This document shows, piece by piece, positions 35,677 to 42,889 of a stretch of DNA of 64,000 nucleotides. Source of the stretch: Candidatus Rokubacteria bacterium RIFCSPLOWO2_02_FULL_73_56 (GTDB taxonomy: Bacteria; Methylomirabilota; Methylomirabilia; Rokubacteriales; CSP1-6); the NCBI GenBank assembly GCA_001788495.1, contig MGCF01000006.1:2106-66105 (forward strand). The letters run 5' to 3'. The translations under genes were made by a program, and so were the position numbers. The notes below the pieces were generated by a model. That model was not told where the DNA came from and made no database searches. It saw only the letters and a program-made list of their open reading frames with translations. Numbering within the stretch: position 1 is the first letter of the stretch; each line of letters starts with the position of its first letter.

Positions 35677-35988
35677 TCAGCCCGGCAGCGCCCCGAACCG
35701 CGCCTCGTACTCCCTGAGGATGTTGGCGAGCAGCGCGGAAAGCCGCTTGGCCGCCATGGGGCTCAGAATGATCCGGTCCGTGAGCTGCACCGGGATCTCT
35801 TTCTGGGCGCTGTGCCAGGCCTGGTTGATCCCGAACAGGAGGACGACCTCCTCGCGTGTGCTCGCGACGTTGCACACGTTCGCGTAGGAGCTCGTCATGT
35901 TCGAGTCGTCCCACTTGATCTGAGGCTGGGCCTGCGCCTGCCCGGCCGGCCGCGGTGACGGGGTCTCTGCGCTCCGTTCGTTGGCCAT
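35677..35988 (-). CDS. DUF3467-like small protein, copy D (closest to copy A)
   Basis: Track ORF of 103 aa: MANERSAETPSPRPAGQAQAQPQIKWDDSNMTSSYANVCNVASTREEVVLLFGINQAWHSAQKEIPVQLTDRIILSPMAAKRLSALLANILREYEARFGALPG. Confidence 0.8.
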   Translation of the reverse strand: MANERSAETPSPRPAGQAQAQPQIKWDDSNMTSSYANVCNVASTREEVVLLFGINQAWHSAQKEIPVQLTDRIILSPMAAKRLSALLANILREYEARFGALPG

Positions 35989-36115
35989 CGGTTCTCCTCG
36001 TCGAGGGTCGTCCGCTCGATGGTGACAGGCTGAGCGTCCCCTGCAGGGTACTCCGGAGGCCGAGCCGCGCGCAACCGCAGAAGGCGTCGAGGACGGAGGG
36101 TGCGGGTTCGCCGGC

Positions 36116-37141
36116 TCAGAACGCGATCGCGCCGCGCCCGAAGAGCGTGCGCGCGCGGAGCTTGGCGTGGAGCTCCGTCACCCGCTCGAGCGGAACCACC
36201 TCGGACACCACGGGGCGGATCGTGCCCGCGGCTACGAGGCGCGCCGCCTCGCCGAGCTCCCAGCGCGACGCGTAGCGCGAGCCGAGGACCGTGATCTCCT
36301 CGGTCACCAGGCGCCGCGAGGCGACCTCGAGCGTGATGCCCGGGAACGTCGTCAGGACGACCATCCGCCCGCGGCGCGCGAGCACGTCGAGGCAGAAGGC
36401 GTGCGTCTCGCGGCTGCCCACGAGGTCGATCGCCACCGTGGGGCCCGCCGGCGCCGCGGCCGCGAGCCGCGCGCGCGCGTCCGGCGCGCGGAAGTCGAGC
36501 GTCGTGCCGGCGCCGAGCTCCCGCGTCGCGTCGAGCTTCGCCGCGTCGAGGTCGACGGCGATCACCTCGGCGCCGCAGAGCCGCGCCATCTGCACCATGT
36601 GCACGCCCACCCCGCCCGCGGCGCCCACGATCATGACGACGTCCGCCGGGCCGATGCCCGCGCGCCGCGAGACGTGGAAGGGCGTCGCGATCGCGTCGGG
36701 GATCGCGGTGGCCTCGACGGCGCCGAGCCCTTCGGGCACGGGCAGAAGGTTCCCGGCGGGCAGCGCGGTGTACTCGGCGTAGCCCCCGTCGGCGGCGACG
36801 CCCACGTAGCCGCGGAGGTTGCGGCAGAGCGGCTCGTGGGCCAGGCGGCAGAAGTCGCAGCCGCCGCACGCGAGGTAGAAGTACGCCATCACGCGCCGGC
36901 CGACCTCGGGGTGCGCGACGCCGGGGCCGAGCGCGGTGACGATCCCGACCAGCTCGTGGCCGGGAATCCGCGGGAGGTCCTCCGGCCGCCCGCCGAGGTT
37001 GCCGTTCATCGCGTTGAGCACCGTGAGCCCGACGCCGCACGCCTCGACGCGCACCAGCGCCTCGCCCGCGGCCGGCGCCGGCGTCGGCACGTCGGCGGGC
37101 GTCACCTCGCCGCCCCACGCGTGGAGGACCTGGGCTCGCAT
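36116..37141 (-). CDS. Zinc-dependent alcohol dehydrogenase / MDR-family oxidoreductase
   Basis: Track ORF of 341 aa. EALVRVEACGVGLTVLN...IPGHELVGIVTALGPGV...CGGCDFCR...VMIVGAAGGVGVHMVQMA. Confidence 0.85.
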   Translation of the reverse strand: MRAQVLHAWGGEVTPADVPTPAPAAGEALVRVEACGVGLTVLNAMNGNLGGRPEDLPRIPGHELVGIVTALGPGVAHPEVGRRVMAYFYLACGGCDFCRLAHEPLCRNLRGYVGVAADGGYAEYTALPAGNLLPVPEGLGAVEATAIPDAIATPFHVSRRAGIGPADVVMIVGAAGGVGVHMVQMARLCGAEVIAVDLDAAKLDATRELGAGTTLDFRAPDARARLAAAAPAGPTVAIDLVGSRETHAFCLDVLARRGRMVVLTTFPGITLEVASRRLVTEEITVLGSRYASRWELGEAARLVAAGTIRPVVSEVVPLERVTELHAKLRARTLFGRGAIAF

Positions 37142-37160
37142 GACTCGGGCGATGGGCGCG

Positions 37161-37811
37161 CTACTTGACGATCGTCGCGGTGACCGCCATCAGGGTCTCG
37201 GTGGTCGCCTGCGTGGTCCGGTAGCCGAGGACCCGGCGCAGGACCTCGTGGGTCTGGGTCGTGCTCCCGCCGAGGACGACGGGCCGGCCGGACGGCACGA
37301 CGAGCTCGGTCGAGGCCTCGTTGACCTCGATGGCGCCGGAGCGGTCGCCGGCGAACCAGCTGAGCGTGGGGGTGAGCCTGAGCCGCACCTGGTCGCCGGG
37401 CAGGATGCTCGCGCGCACCTTGAGCGACGTCCCGACGTCGCGGAAGGTCACGCCGGTGGCGAGGTGGCCCGCGCCGGTCAGGTAGTCCTGGTAGAAGGCG
37501 ACGTGCGGGTACGGCACCTGGCTGGCGACGAGCAGCGTGGACTCGCCGCCGTCCTGGACGAGCGTGAAGACCCCCGTGCGCTGCCGCACGCGCCGCTCGC
37601 GGCTCTCGACGCCGACGCGCCCCGACCCGCGCACGCCGCCGGGCTCGGTGATCACGACGCGCCCGCCCGCCCCGACCCCCTCGCGGCTCGCCGTCGCCTC
37701 CTGGCGGAACTCGAAGACGACCTTGACGGTGCGCGGCGCCTGGGCGGCGGCGCCTCCGGGCAGGCCCGCGACGAGCGCGAGCGCGGCGGCGACCGAGAGG
37801 GCGGGGCTCAT
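37161..37811 (-). CDS. Secreted hypothetical protein with a weakly secretin-like C-terminal segment
   Basis: In track ORF 37161..37847. The start is taken at MSPALSVAAALALVAGLPGGAAAQ (signal peptide). C-terminus: ELVVPSGRPVVLGGSTTQTHE...TETLMAVTATIVK. Confidence 0.5.
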   Translation of the reverse strand: MSPALSVAAALALVAGLPGGAAAQAPRTVKVVFEFRQEATASREGVGAGGRVVITEPGGVRGSGRVGVESRERRVRQRTGVFTLVQDGGESTLLVASQVPYPHVAFYQDYLTGAGHLATGVTFRDVGTSLKVRASILPGDQVRLRLTPTLSWFAGDRSGAIEVNEASTELVVPSGRPVVLGGSTTQTHEVLRRVLGYRTTQATTETLMAVTATIVK

Positions 37812-37895
37812 CGTCCCAAGCGTAGCCTCCGCGGCCGGCCCGCGCAAAGGGCTTGAAATCGGCGGGCGGGCTGACGCACCCTCTGGGGGGACGCC

Positions 37896-38297
37896 ATGAG
37901 CAAGCGAGACCTCTACGTCGTCGCCGCCGATCGGAAGGACCTCTACGAGCTGCTCCGGAAGCAGTTCGCCGGCAACGACAGCGTCGAGATCATCCTGGAC
38001 CGCCGCAAGGCCGAGCGCCGGCGCGGCGGCGGCGGCGTCGCGCCGGACAAGCGCAGGAGCGACCGCCGCGTCCGCGACGACGCCTACCTGCTGAAGACGC
38101 TCGGCGTCGTGCTGGTCTCGGTCGAGCGGGACGAGCCCGCCCGCCCGGCGGCCCCCCCCAGGGCCGCCGCCCCCGCCAGGGCGGCCGGCCCCACGAAGGC
38201 GGCGGCCGCCAGGCCCGCCAGGCCCGCCCGACCCGCCAGGCCCGCCCGAGCCGCGAAGGCCCGCCGGGCCGCCAGGCGCAGGAAGCGCCCCGGGTAG
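37896..38297 (+). CDS. Small hypothetical protein with a basic Ala/Pro/Arg-rich tail
   Basis: Track ORF of 133 aa: MSKRDLYVVAADRKDLYELLRKQFAGNDSVEIILDRRKAERRR...DRRVRDDAYLLKTLGVVLVSV, then a PARPARPARPARAAKARRAARRRKRPG tail. Confidence 0.55.
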   Translation: MSKRDLYVVAADRKDLYELLRKQFAGNDSVEIILDRRKAERRRGGGGVAPDKRRSDRRVRDDAYLLKTLGVVLVSVERDEPARPAAPPRAAAPARAAGPTKAAAARPARPARPARPARAAKARRAARRRKRPG

Positions 38298-38298
38298 C

Positions 38299-38322
38299 GC
38301 GGCGCGGGCTCCGCCGCGCCGC
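38299..38322. terminator. GC hairpin (9-bp stem, 6-nt loop) between convergent genes. It is a possible bidirectional terminator, although it lacks a U-tract.
   Basis: gcggcgcgg-gctccg-ccgcgccgc lies immediately between TAG (38295-38297) and the livF stop (38323-38325). Confidence 0.35.
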
Positions 38323-39039
38323 TCAGCCGCCGAGGTAGAGGCGCTTGACGTCGGGGTCCGCGAGCAGGGTGGCGCCGGGCCCCTCGAAGCGGTTCCGCCC
38401 GAGCTCCAGGACGTAGCCGCGGTCGGCGATCGCGAGCGCCCGCGCGGCGTTCTGCTCCACGAGCATGAGCGTGTAGCCGGCCCGCCTCATCTCGACGAGC
38501 TTGTCGAAGATGAGCGTGACGAACTTCGGCGACAGCCCGAGCGAGGGCTCGTCGAGGAGGATCAGCTTCGGCCGGACCATGAGCGCCCGCGCGATCGCGA
38601 CCATCTGCTGCTCGCCGCCCGACATCGTGCCCGCGCGCTGGTACCGGCGCTCGAGGAGGATCGGGAACAGCGCGTAGACCGCCTCCAGCGCGGCGGCGAT
38701 CTGGCGCTCGTCGCGCACGGTGTAGGCGCCCATCTCGAGGTTCTCCAGCACGGTCATCTGCGGGAACACGATCCGCCCCTGCGGCACGTAGGCGAGCCCC
38801 CGCCGGAGCACGAGGTCGGGCCGGACGCCGGTGATGTCCTCGCCGTTGAACACGACGCGCCCGCTCCGCGGCCGGAGGAAGCCGACGATCGTCTTGAAGG
38901 CGGTGGACTTGCCGGCGCCGTTCGGGCCGATGATGCTCACGATCTCGCCGGCCTGCACGTCGAGGGAGACCTCGTGCAGGATGTCCATCGTGCCGTAGCC
39001 GGCGGTGAGCGTGTGGGCCGCGAGGATCGGCGCGCTCAC
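38323..39039 (-). CDS. livF: Branched-chain amino acid ABC transporter ATP-binding protein (LivF type)
   Basis: Codon 173 (GTG) onward of track ORF 38323..39555, with a GTGA overlap with the upstream stop. Sequence: (V)SAPILAAHTLTAGYGTMDILHEVSLDVQAGEIVSIIGPNGAGKSTAFKTI...MSGGEQQMVAIARALMVRPKLILLDEPSLGLSP. Confidence 0.85.
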   Translation of the reverse strand: MSAPILAAHTLTAGYGTMDILHEVSLDVQAGEIVSIIGPNGAGKSTAFKTIVGFLRPRSGRVVFNGEDITGVRPDLVLRRGLAYVPQGRIVFPQMTVLENLEMGAYTVRDERQIAAALEAVYALFPILLERRYQRAGTMSGGEQQMVAIARALMVRPKLILLDEPSLGLSPKFVTLIFDKLVEMRRAGYTLMLVEQNAARALAIADRGYVLELGRNRFEGPGATLLADPDVKRLYLGG

Positions 39040-39689
39040 GCCGCGCTCCGCTTGGCGCAGACGTAGAGGACGTGCGGGTACGGCAGGAAGTCGCGCATCG
39101 CGTGGCGGCGGACGACGAACCCGGCGGCGCCCAGCGCGGCCGTCAGCTCCTCGGCGCTCCAGTACCTGACCGGCGTCGCGGGCGCCATCAGGCGGTCGAG
39201 GAGCCAGGTGAACCAGCGCTTCGGCGCGGGCCGGGTGTCCACGTCCTTCACGAGCAGCACGCCCTCGTCCGCGAGGCAGCGGTGGAGCTCGCGCAGGAGC
39301 GGCCCGACGTGCTCCGGCGCGACGTGGTGCACGATGTCGAGCATGTAGGCCGCGGCGACCTCGCCGTCGCCCTTGAAGTCGCGCGCGTCGCCCTGCTCGT
39401 ACGCCACGTTCTCGACCGCGAGGCGCGCGGCCGCGCGGCGCGCCAGCGCGATCCGCCGCGCGCTCAGGTCCACGCCCCGCACGAACCGCCGGGGCCCGGT
39501 CGTCGCGTAGTAGAGCGAGAACAGGCCGAAGCCGCAGCCGATGTCGAGCACGCATCCGGACTCGGGCAGGTACTGGCCGATCTCGTCGAGGAACCGCTGC
39601 CGCAGGACCCAGAAGCGTGCCCAGCAGTAGGCCCGCACGACCGGGTCGTCGTACGCGCGCACGATGCGGCGGATCGCCTCAGCGCGCAT
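39036..39689 (-). CDS. Class I SAM-dependent methyltransferase
   Basis: Track ORF of 217 aa. CVLDIGCGFGLFSLYYA...VRGVDLSARRIALARRAA...LLVKDVD. Confidence 0.8.
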   Translation of the reverse strand: MRAEAIRRIVRAYDDPVVRAYCWARFWVLRQRFLDEIGQYLPESGCVLDIGCGFGLFSLYYATTGPRRFVRGVDLSARRIALARRAAARLAVENVAYEQGDARDFKGDGEVAAAYMLDIVHHVAPEHVGPLLRELHRCLADEGVLLVKDVDTRPAPKRWFTWLLDRLMAPATPVRYWSAEELTAALGAAGFVVRRHAMRDFLPYPHVLYVCAKRSAA

Positions 39690-41130
39690 ACAGGAGGTAT
39701 CCGGGGCCGCGCCGGTCCAGGCGGTACGTCGAGAGCCGCAGGCGGAGGCTGCCGAACTGCTGGACGCGCGCGTAGCCGCCGCCGGGCCAGCCGTGCTCGA
39801 AGAGGACGATGAACTTGGGCGGGCGCCGGTCGAACTCCTCGGCGAAGTACGCGCGGAGCTTGTGGACGATCGGCGTGCCGGGATCGTGGTAGAAGGGGAA
39901 GTCGTAGACGAAGCGCGTCGGCTGCACGATGCGCAGCCGGAGCAGCGCGTCGATCCCGCCGTCCGTCGTGTCGAGCACCTGCACGTACTCGCCCGGGCCC
40001 ACGCGGCCGTCGAGGTCGCGGACGAGCGCGCTCACGCGCCGCTGCTTGTCCGCGATCCACGGCGCCCGGGACGCCTCCACGCCCTTGATCCCGAGCAGCG
40101 CCGTCGCGACCGCGATGCTCGCGAGGGCCACCGCCGCGGGCACCCGGCGGCGGGCGCGGAGCAGCGGCTCGACCTCGGCGAGCAGGAGGACGGCCGCGAA
40201 GGCGGCCAGCGGGTACAGGTGGTACTCCCAGCCCTTGCCCTGGACGACGAAGTGCGCGACGCCGTAGCCGAGCCCGACCGCGGCCACCGCGTGGCGCACC
40301 CCGAAGCGCCGGTGGACGCCGGCGCTCACGAGCGCCAGGGCCACGCCGACGCCGATCGGGACCCACACCTCCCAGCGCCAGGGCGTCCACCGGGCGGGAC
40401 GCCCGAGCCGCGCGTAGAGCGGCAGCAGGTACTCGAAGACGATCTCGCGCCAGGCGCCGAGCGCGCCGCGCGCCGCGACCCACACCGTCACCAGCATCGG
40501 CACGAGGAGCGCCGCCATCGCGAGGATCGCCAGCGGGATCCACGGCCGGCCGCCGCGCCGCCACGTGACGATCGCGACGACGCCCAGCAGACCCGCGACG
40601 AGCAGCGCCGCGTGCGGCTTCACCGTGAGCGCGGCGCCGAGCGCGAGCCCGCCCCAGAGCAGGCCCCACTCCACGCCGGTCTCGGCCCAGCGCGCGACGC
40701 CGAGCGCGCCGAGCAGCAGGAACGGGCTCAGGAGGAAGTCGCGCTGGCCCGCCTGCCACGCGCCGCCGGCCAGGTGGTAGGTCGCGAAGAACAGCCCCGC
40801 GCCCGCCGCCGCGACGCGCCCCCACGGCCGGGCGAGCGCCGCGACGCAGAGCGCGGTGCCCGCGAGCCAGAGGAGGTCGAAGGCGCGCCAGCCGGCGTCC
40901 GACGCGCCGAACACGCCCAGCACGACGCGGTGGAGCAGGTACACCCCGGGGAAGTTCATGTCGAAGAGGTCGCGGTACGGCGCGGCGCCCTCGCCGATCC
41001 GCCAGGCGACGTAGTGCATGATCGGCGCGTCGTGGACGAGCGGCCAGGCGCGCGAGCGCCAGGCGAGCACGGCGGCGAGCGCCGCGAGCGGCAGGAGCGC
41101 GAGCCCGCTAGCGGCCGAAATACGCTTCAA
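39679..41130 (-). CDS. Polytopic membrane glycosyltransferase (GT39/ArnT/PMT-like)
   Basis: Track ORF of 483 aa. It begins with a signal/TM segment and has the RDLFDMNFPGVYLL loop motif, about 10 hydrophobic segments and a soluble C-terminal domain. It overlaps the livG 3' end by 23 nt, so the exact start is uncertain. Confidence 0.7.
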   Translation of the reverse strand: MKRISAASGLALLPLAALAAVLAWRSRAWPLVHDAPIMHYVAWRIGEGAAPYRDLFDMNFPGVYLLHRVVLGVFGASDAGWRAFDLLWLAGTALCVAALARPWGRVAAAGAGLFFATYHLAGGAWQAGQRDFLLSPFLLLGALGVARWAETGVEWGLLWGGLALGAALTVKPHAALLVAGLLGVVAIVTWRRGGRPWIPLAILAMAALLVPMLVTVWVAARGALGAWREIVFEYLLPLYARLGRPARWTPWRWEVWVPIGVGVALALVSAGVHRRFGVRHAVAAVGLGYGVAHFVVQGKGWEYHLYPLAAFAAVLLLAEVEPLLRARRRVPAAVALASIAVATALLGIKGVEASRAPWIADKQRRVSALVRDLDGRVGPGEYVQVLDTTDGGIDALLRLRIVQPTRFVYDFPFYHDPGTPIVHKLRAYFAEEFDRRPPKFIVLFEHGWPGGGYARVQQFGSLRLRLSTYRLDRRGPGYLLYAR

Positions 41131-41815
41131 TGACCCGCTCGTCGGCCTGGATCGCGCCGGGCGGCCCCTCGGCGATCTTCTCGCCGTGGTCCAGCACGAA
41201 CACGGTCTCGCAGAGCCCCATGACGACCTTCATGTCGTGCTCGACGAGGAGCACGGTCTTGCCCCGCTCGCGCAGCTGCCGCACCGCCTCCAGCAGGTCG
41301 TTCAGCAGCGTGCGGTTGACGCCGGCAGCGGGCTCGTCGAGCAGCACCAGCGTCGGGTCGCGCATCAGCATGCGGGCGAACTCGACGAGCTTCTGCTGGC
41401 CGTAGGAGAGGTTGCCCGCGTACTCGTCCTGCAGGGCCTCGAGCCGGACGAACCGGAGCAGCTCGAGCGCGCGCGCGCGCGCTTCCTCGAGGTGGCCGCG
41501 CGTCACGACGAGGAGGTTCTCCAGCGCGGTCAGCTCGGGAAACACGCGGATGATCTGGAACGTGCGCCCGATCCCCTTGAGGGCGATGCGCCACGGCGGC
41601 AGCCCGTCGATGCGCTCGCCGTTCAGGAGGACCCGCCCGGCGTTGCGTCGCTCGAGGCCGGTGACGCAGTTGAAGAGCGTCGTCTTGCCCGAGCCGTTCG
41701 GGCCGATCAGGCCGTAGATCCGGCCGGCGGCGAGGCTGAGCGAGACGCCGTCCACGGCGGCCACGCCGCCGAAATGCTTGTGGAGCCCCTCGACCTCGAG
41801 CACGGGCGCCGGCAT
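41108..41815 (-). CDS. livG: Branched-chain amino acid ABC transporter ATP-binding protein (LivG type)
   Basis: Track ORF of 235 aa. LEVEGLHKHFGGVAAVDGVSLSLAAGRIYGLIGPNGSGKTTLFN...LSYGQQKLVEFARMLMRDPTLVLLDEPAAGV. Confidence 0.9.
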   Translation of the reverse strand: MPAPVLEVEGLHKHFGGVAAVDGVSLSLAAGRIYGLIGPNGSGKTTLFNCVTGLERRNAGRVLLNGERIDGLPPWRIALKGIGRTFQIIRVFPELTALENLLVVTRGHLEEARARALELLRFVRLEALQDEYAGNLSYGQQKLVEFARMLMRDPTLVLLDEPAAGVNRTLLNDLLEAVRQLRERGKTVLLVEHDMKVVMGLCETVFVLDHGEKIAEGPPGAIQADERVIEAYFGR

Positions 41816-41993
41816 CAGATGGTCCTCGGCAGGCGATACGAGTCGGCATCATGCGGCTCCGAGTCACGAGCATCACGAGGCCCGAGGGAGGAGCCGACCG
41901 CAGCGTACGCGGTTGTACGTGAGGATCGGCGACGACCGAGAACGAAGTGAGGCGACGTGAATCGGAGCCGCATCAGATGGTCCTCGGCAGGCG
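41812..41993. repeat. Insertion of 158 bp at the livM/livG junction. It is bounded by a 24-nt perfect direct repeat and contains a 16-nt inverted repeat.
   Basis: gcatcagatggtcctcggcaggcg occurs at ~41812-41835 and ~41970-41993, duplicating the ...YRLPRTI-stop end of livM. The inverted repeat is gcggctccgagtcacg (~41853-41868) and cgtgaatcggagccgc (~41956-41971), with 1 mismatch. Confidence 0.7.
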
Positions 41994-42863
41994 GTACCGG
42001 ATCTGGAGGATCCCCAGCACCCCGCGCGGCATCAGGAGCACGACCGCGACGATGATCGCGCCGAACAGGAGCTGGTGCACGTACGGGAAGCGCGCCCACA
42101 CGAACTCCTGGGCGACGAACAGCGCCACGGCGCCGAGGACCGGGCCCCAGACCGTGCCCTTGCCGCCGAACAGGACCATGACGATCATCGTGATCGTGGT
42201 CGCCAGCGGAAACACGCTGACCGGCTCGATGTAGCCCTGGTCGCGCGCCGCGAGCGCGCCCGCGATCCCCGGTCCCACGGCCGAGAGCAGGAAGGCGTAG
42301 AGCTTGTGCCGCGCGGTGTCGATGCCCATCGCCTCGGCCGCCAGCTCGTCCTCGCGGATCGTCATGAGCCGCAGGCCGAAGCGCGAGGTGATGATCGCGT
42401 ACGTGAGCAGCGTCACGCCCCCCGCGGTCGCCGCCATCGCGTAGTAGATGGGCACGGTGGCGTGGAGCGTCGGCAGCGACAGGCCCGAGCCGCCGCCCGT
42501 GAGCCCCTCGAAGTACGAGACGAGCGCCCGCAGCACCTCGTTGAGGCCGAGCATCGCGATGGCGAAGTACGGGCCCTTGAGGCGCAGGCACGGGTAGCCG
42601 ATCACCAGCGCGACGGCGCACGCGCCGACGCCGCCCGCGAGCGCGGCGGCGAGCCAGGGCCAGTCGGCCTTGGCGACGAGGATCGCCCCGGTGTAGGCGC
42701 CGGCGCCGAAGAACGCCACGTGGCCGAAGGACACGTAGCCGGTGAGCCCCGAGATCAGGTTCCAGGAGCCCGCGAGCGCGATCCACATGAAGATCTGGAG
42801 CATCGCGCGCACGCCGTAGCCGGTCCCGAGCGCCGGGTAGACGGCGAGCGCCGCCAGGAGCAC
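41973..42863 (-). CDS. livM: Branched-chain amino acid ABC transporter permease (LivM type)
   Basis: Track ORF of 296 aa. It is polytopic, with SWNLISGLTGYVSFGHVAFFGAGAY and LGLNEVLRALV motifs. Confidence 0.85.
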   Translation of the reverse strand: MLLAALAVYPALGTGYGVRAMLQIFMWIALAGSWNLISGLTGYVSFGHVAFFGAGAYTGAILVAKADWPWLAAALAGGVGACAVALVIGYPCLRLKGPYFAIAMLGLNEVLRALVSYFEGLTGGGSGLSLPTLHATVPIYYAMAATAGGVTLLTYAIITSRFGLRLMTIREDELAAEAMGIDTARHKLYAFLLSAVGPGIAGALAARDQGYIEPVSVFPLATTITMIVMVLFGGKGTVWGPVLGAVALFVAQEFVWARFPYVHQLLFGAIIVAVVLLMPRGVLGILQIRYRLPRTI

Positions 42864-42889
42864 GCCGAGCGCCGCGAGGAGCGCGCGCT

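Noticed and set aside
9134-35887. Very long plus-strand ORFs antisense to the giant gene: 9134..20083 (3649 aa), 20117..22957, 23297..28243 and 28277..35887 (2536 aa).
   Set aside because: - Their translations are monotonous Arg/Gly/Asp/Val/Ala/His low-complexity strings with no recognisable motifs.
- They are the expected stop-poor shadow frames of a GC-rich gene.
- The minus-strand frame carries coherent domains from end to end.
38140-38297. The PARPARPARPAR / AAPPRAAAPARAAG repeats were considered as a DNA tandem repeat of interest.
   Set aside because: This is a short, low-complexity coding repeat inside a basic protein tail and is typical of GC-rich genomes. It shows no higher-order structure.
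38323-39555. The 410-aa version of the livF ORF, and similar N-terminal extensions of other genes (1507..4230, 5577..6248, 8262..10016, 45509..46213, 46738..47865, 50968..54636, 55484..56515, 56617..58053, 59692..61041, 59916..60656, 60690..62105).
   Set aside because: - The extensions are Arg-rich junk that overlaps the upstream gene.
- Recognisable homology begins at an internal ATG or GTG.
- That internal start usually forms a 4-nt overlap with the upstream stop or follows an RBS.
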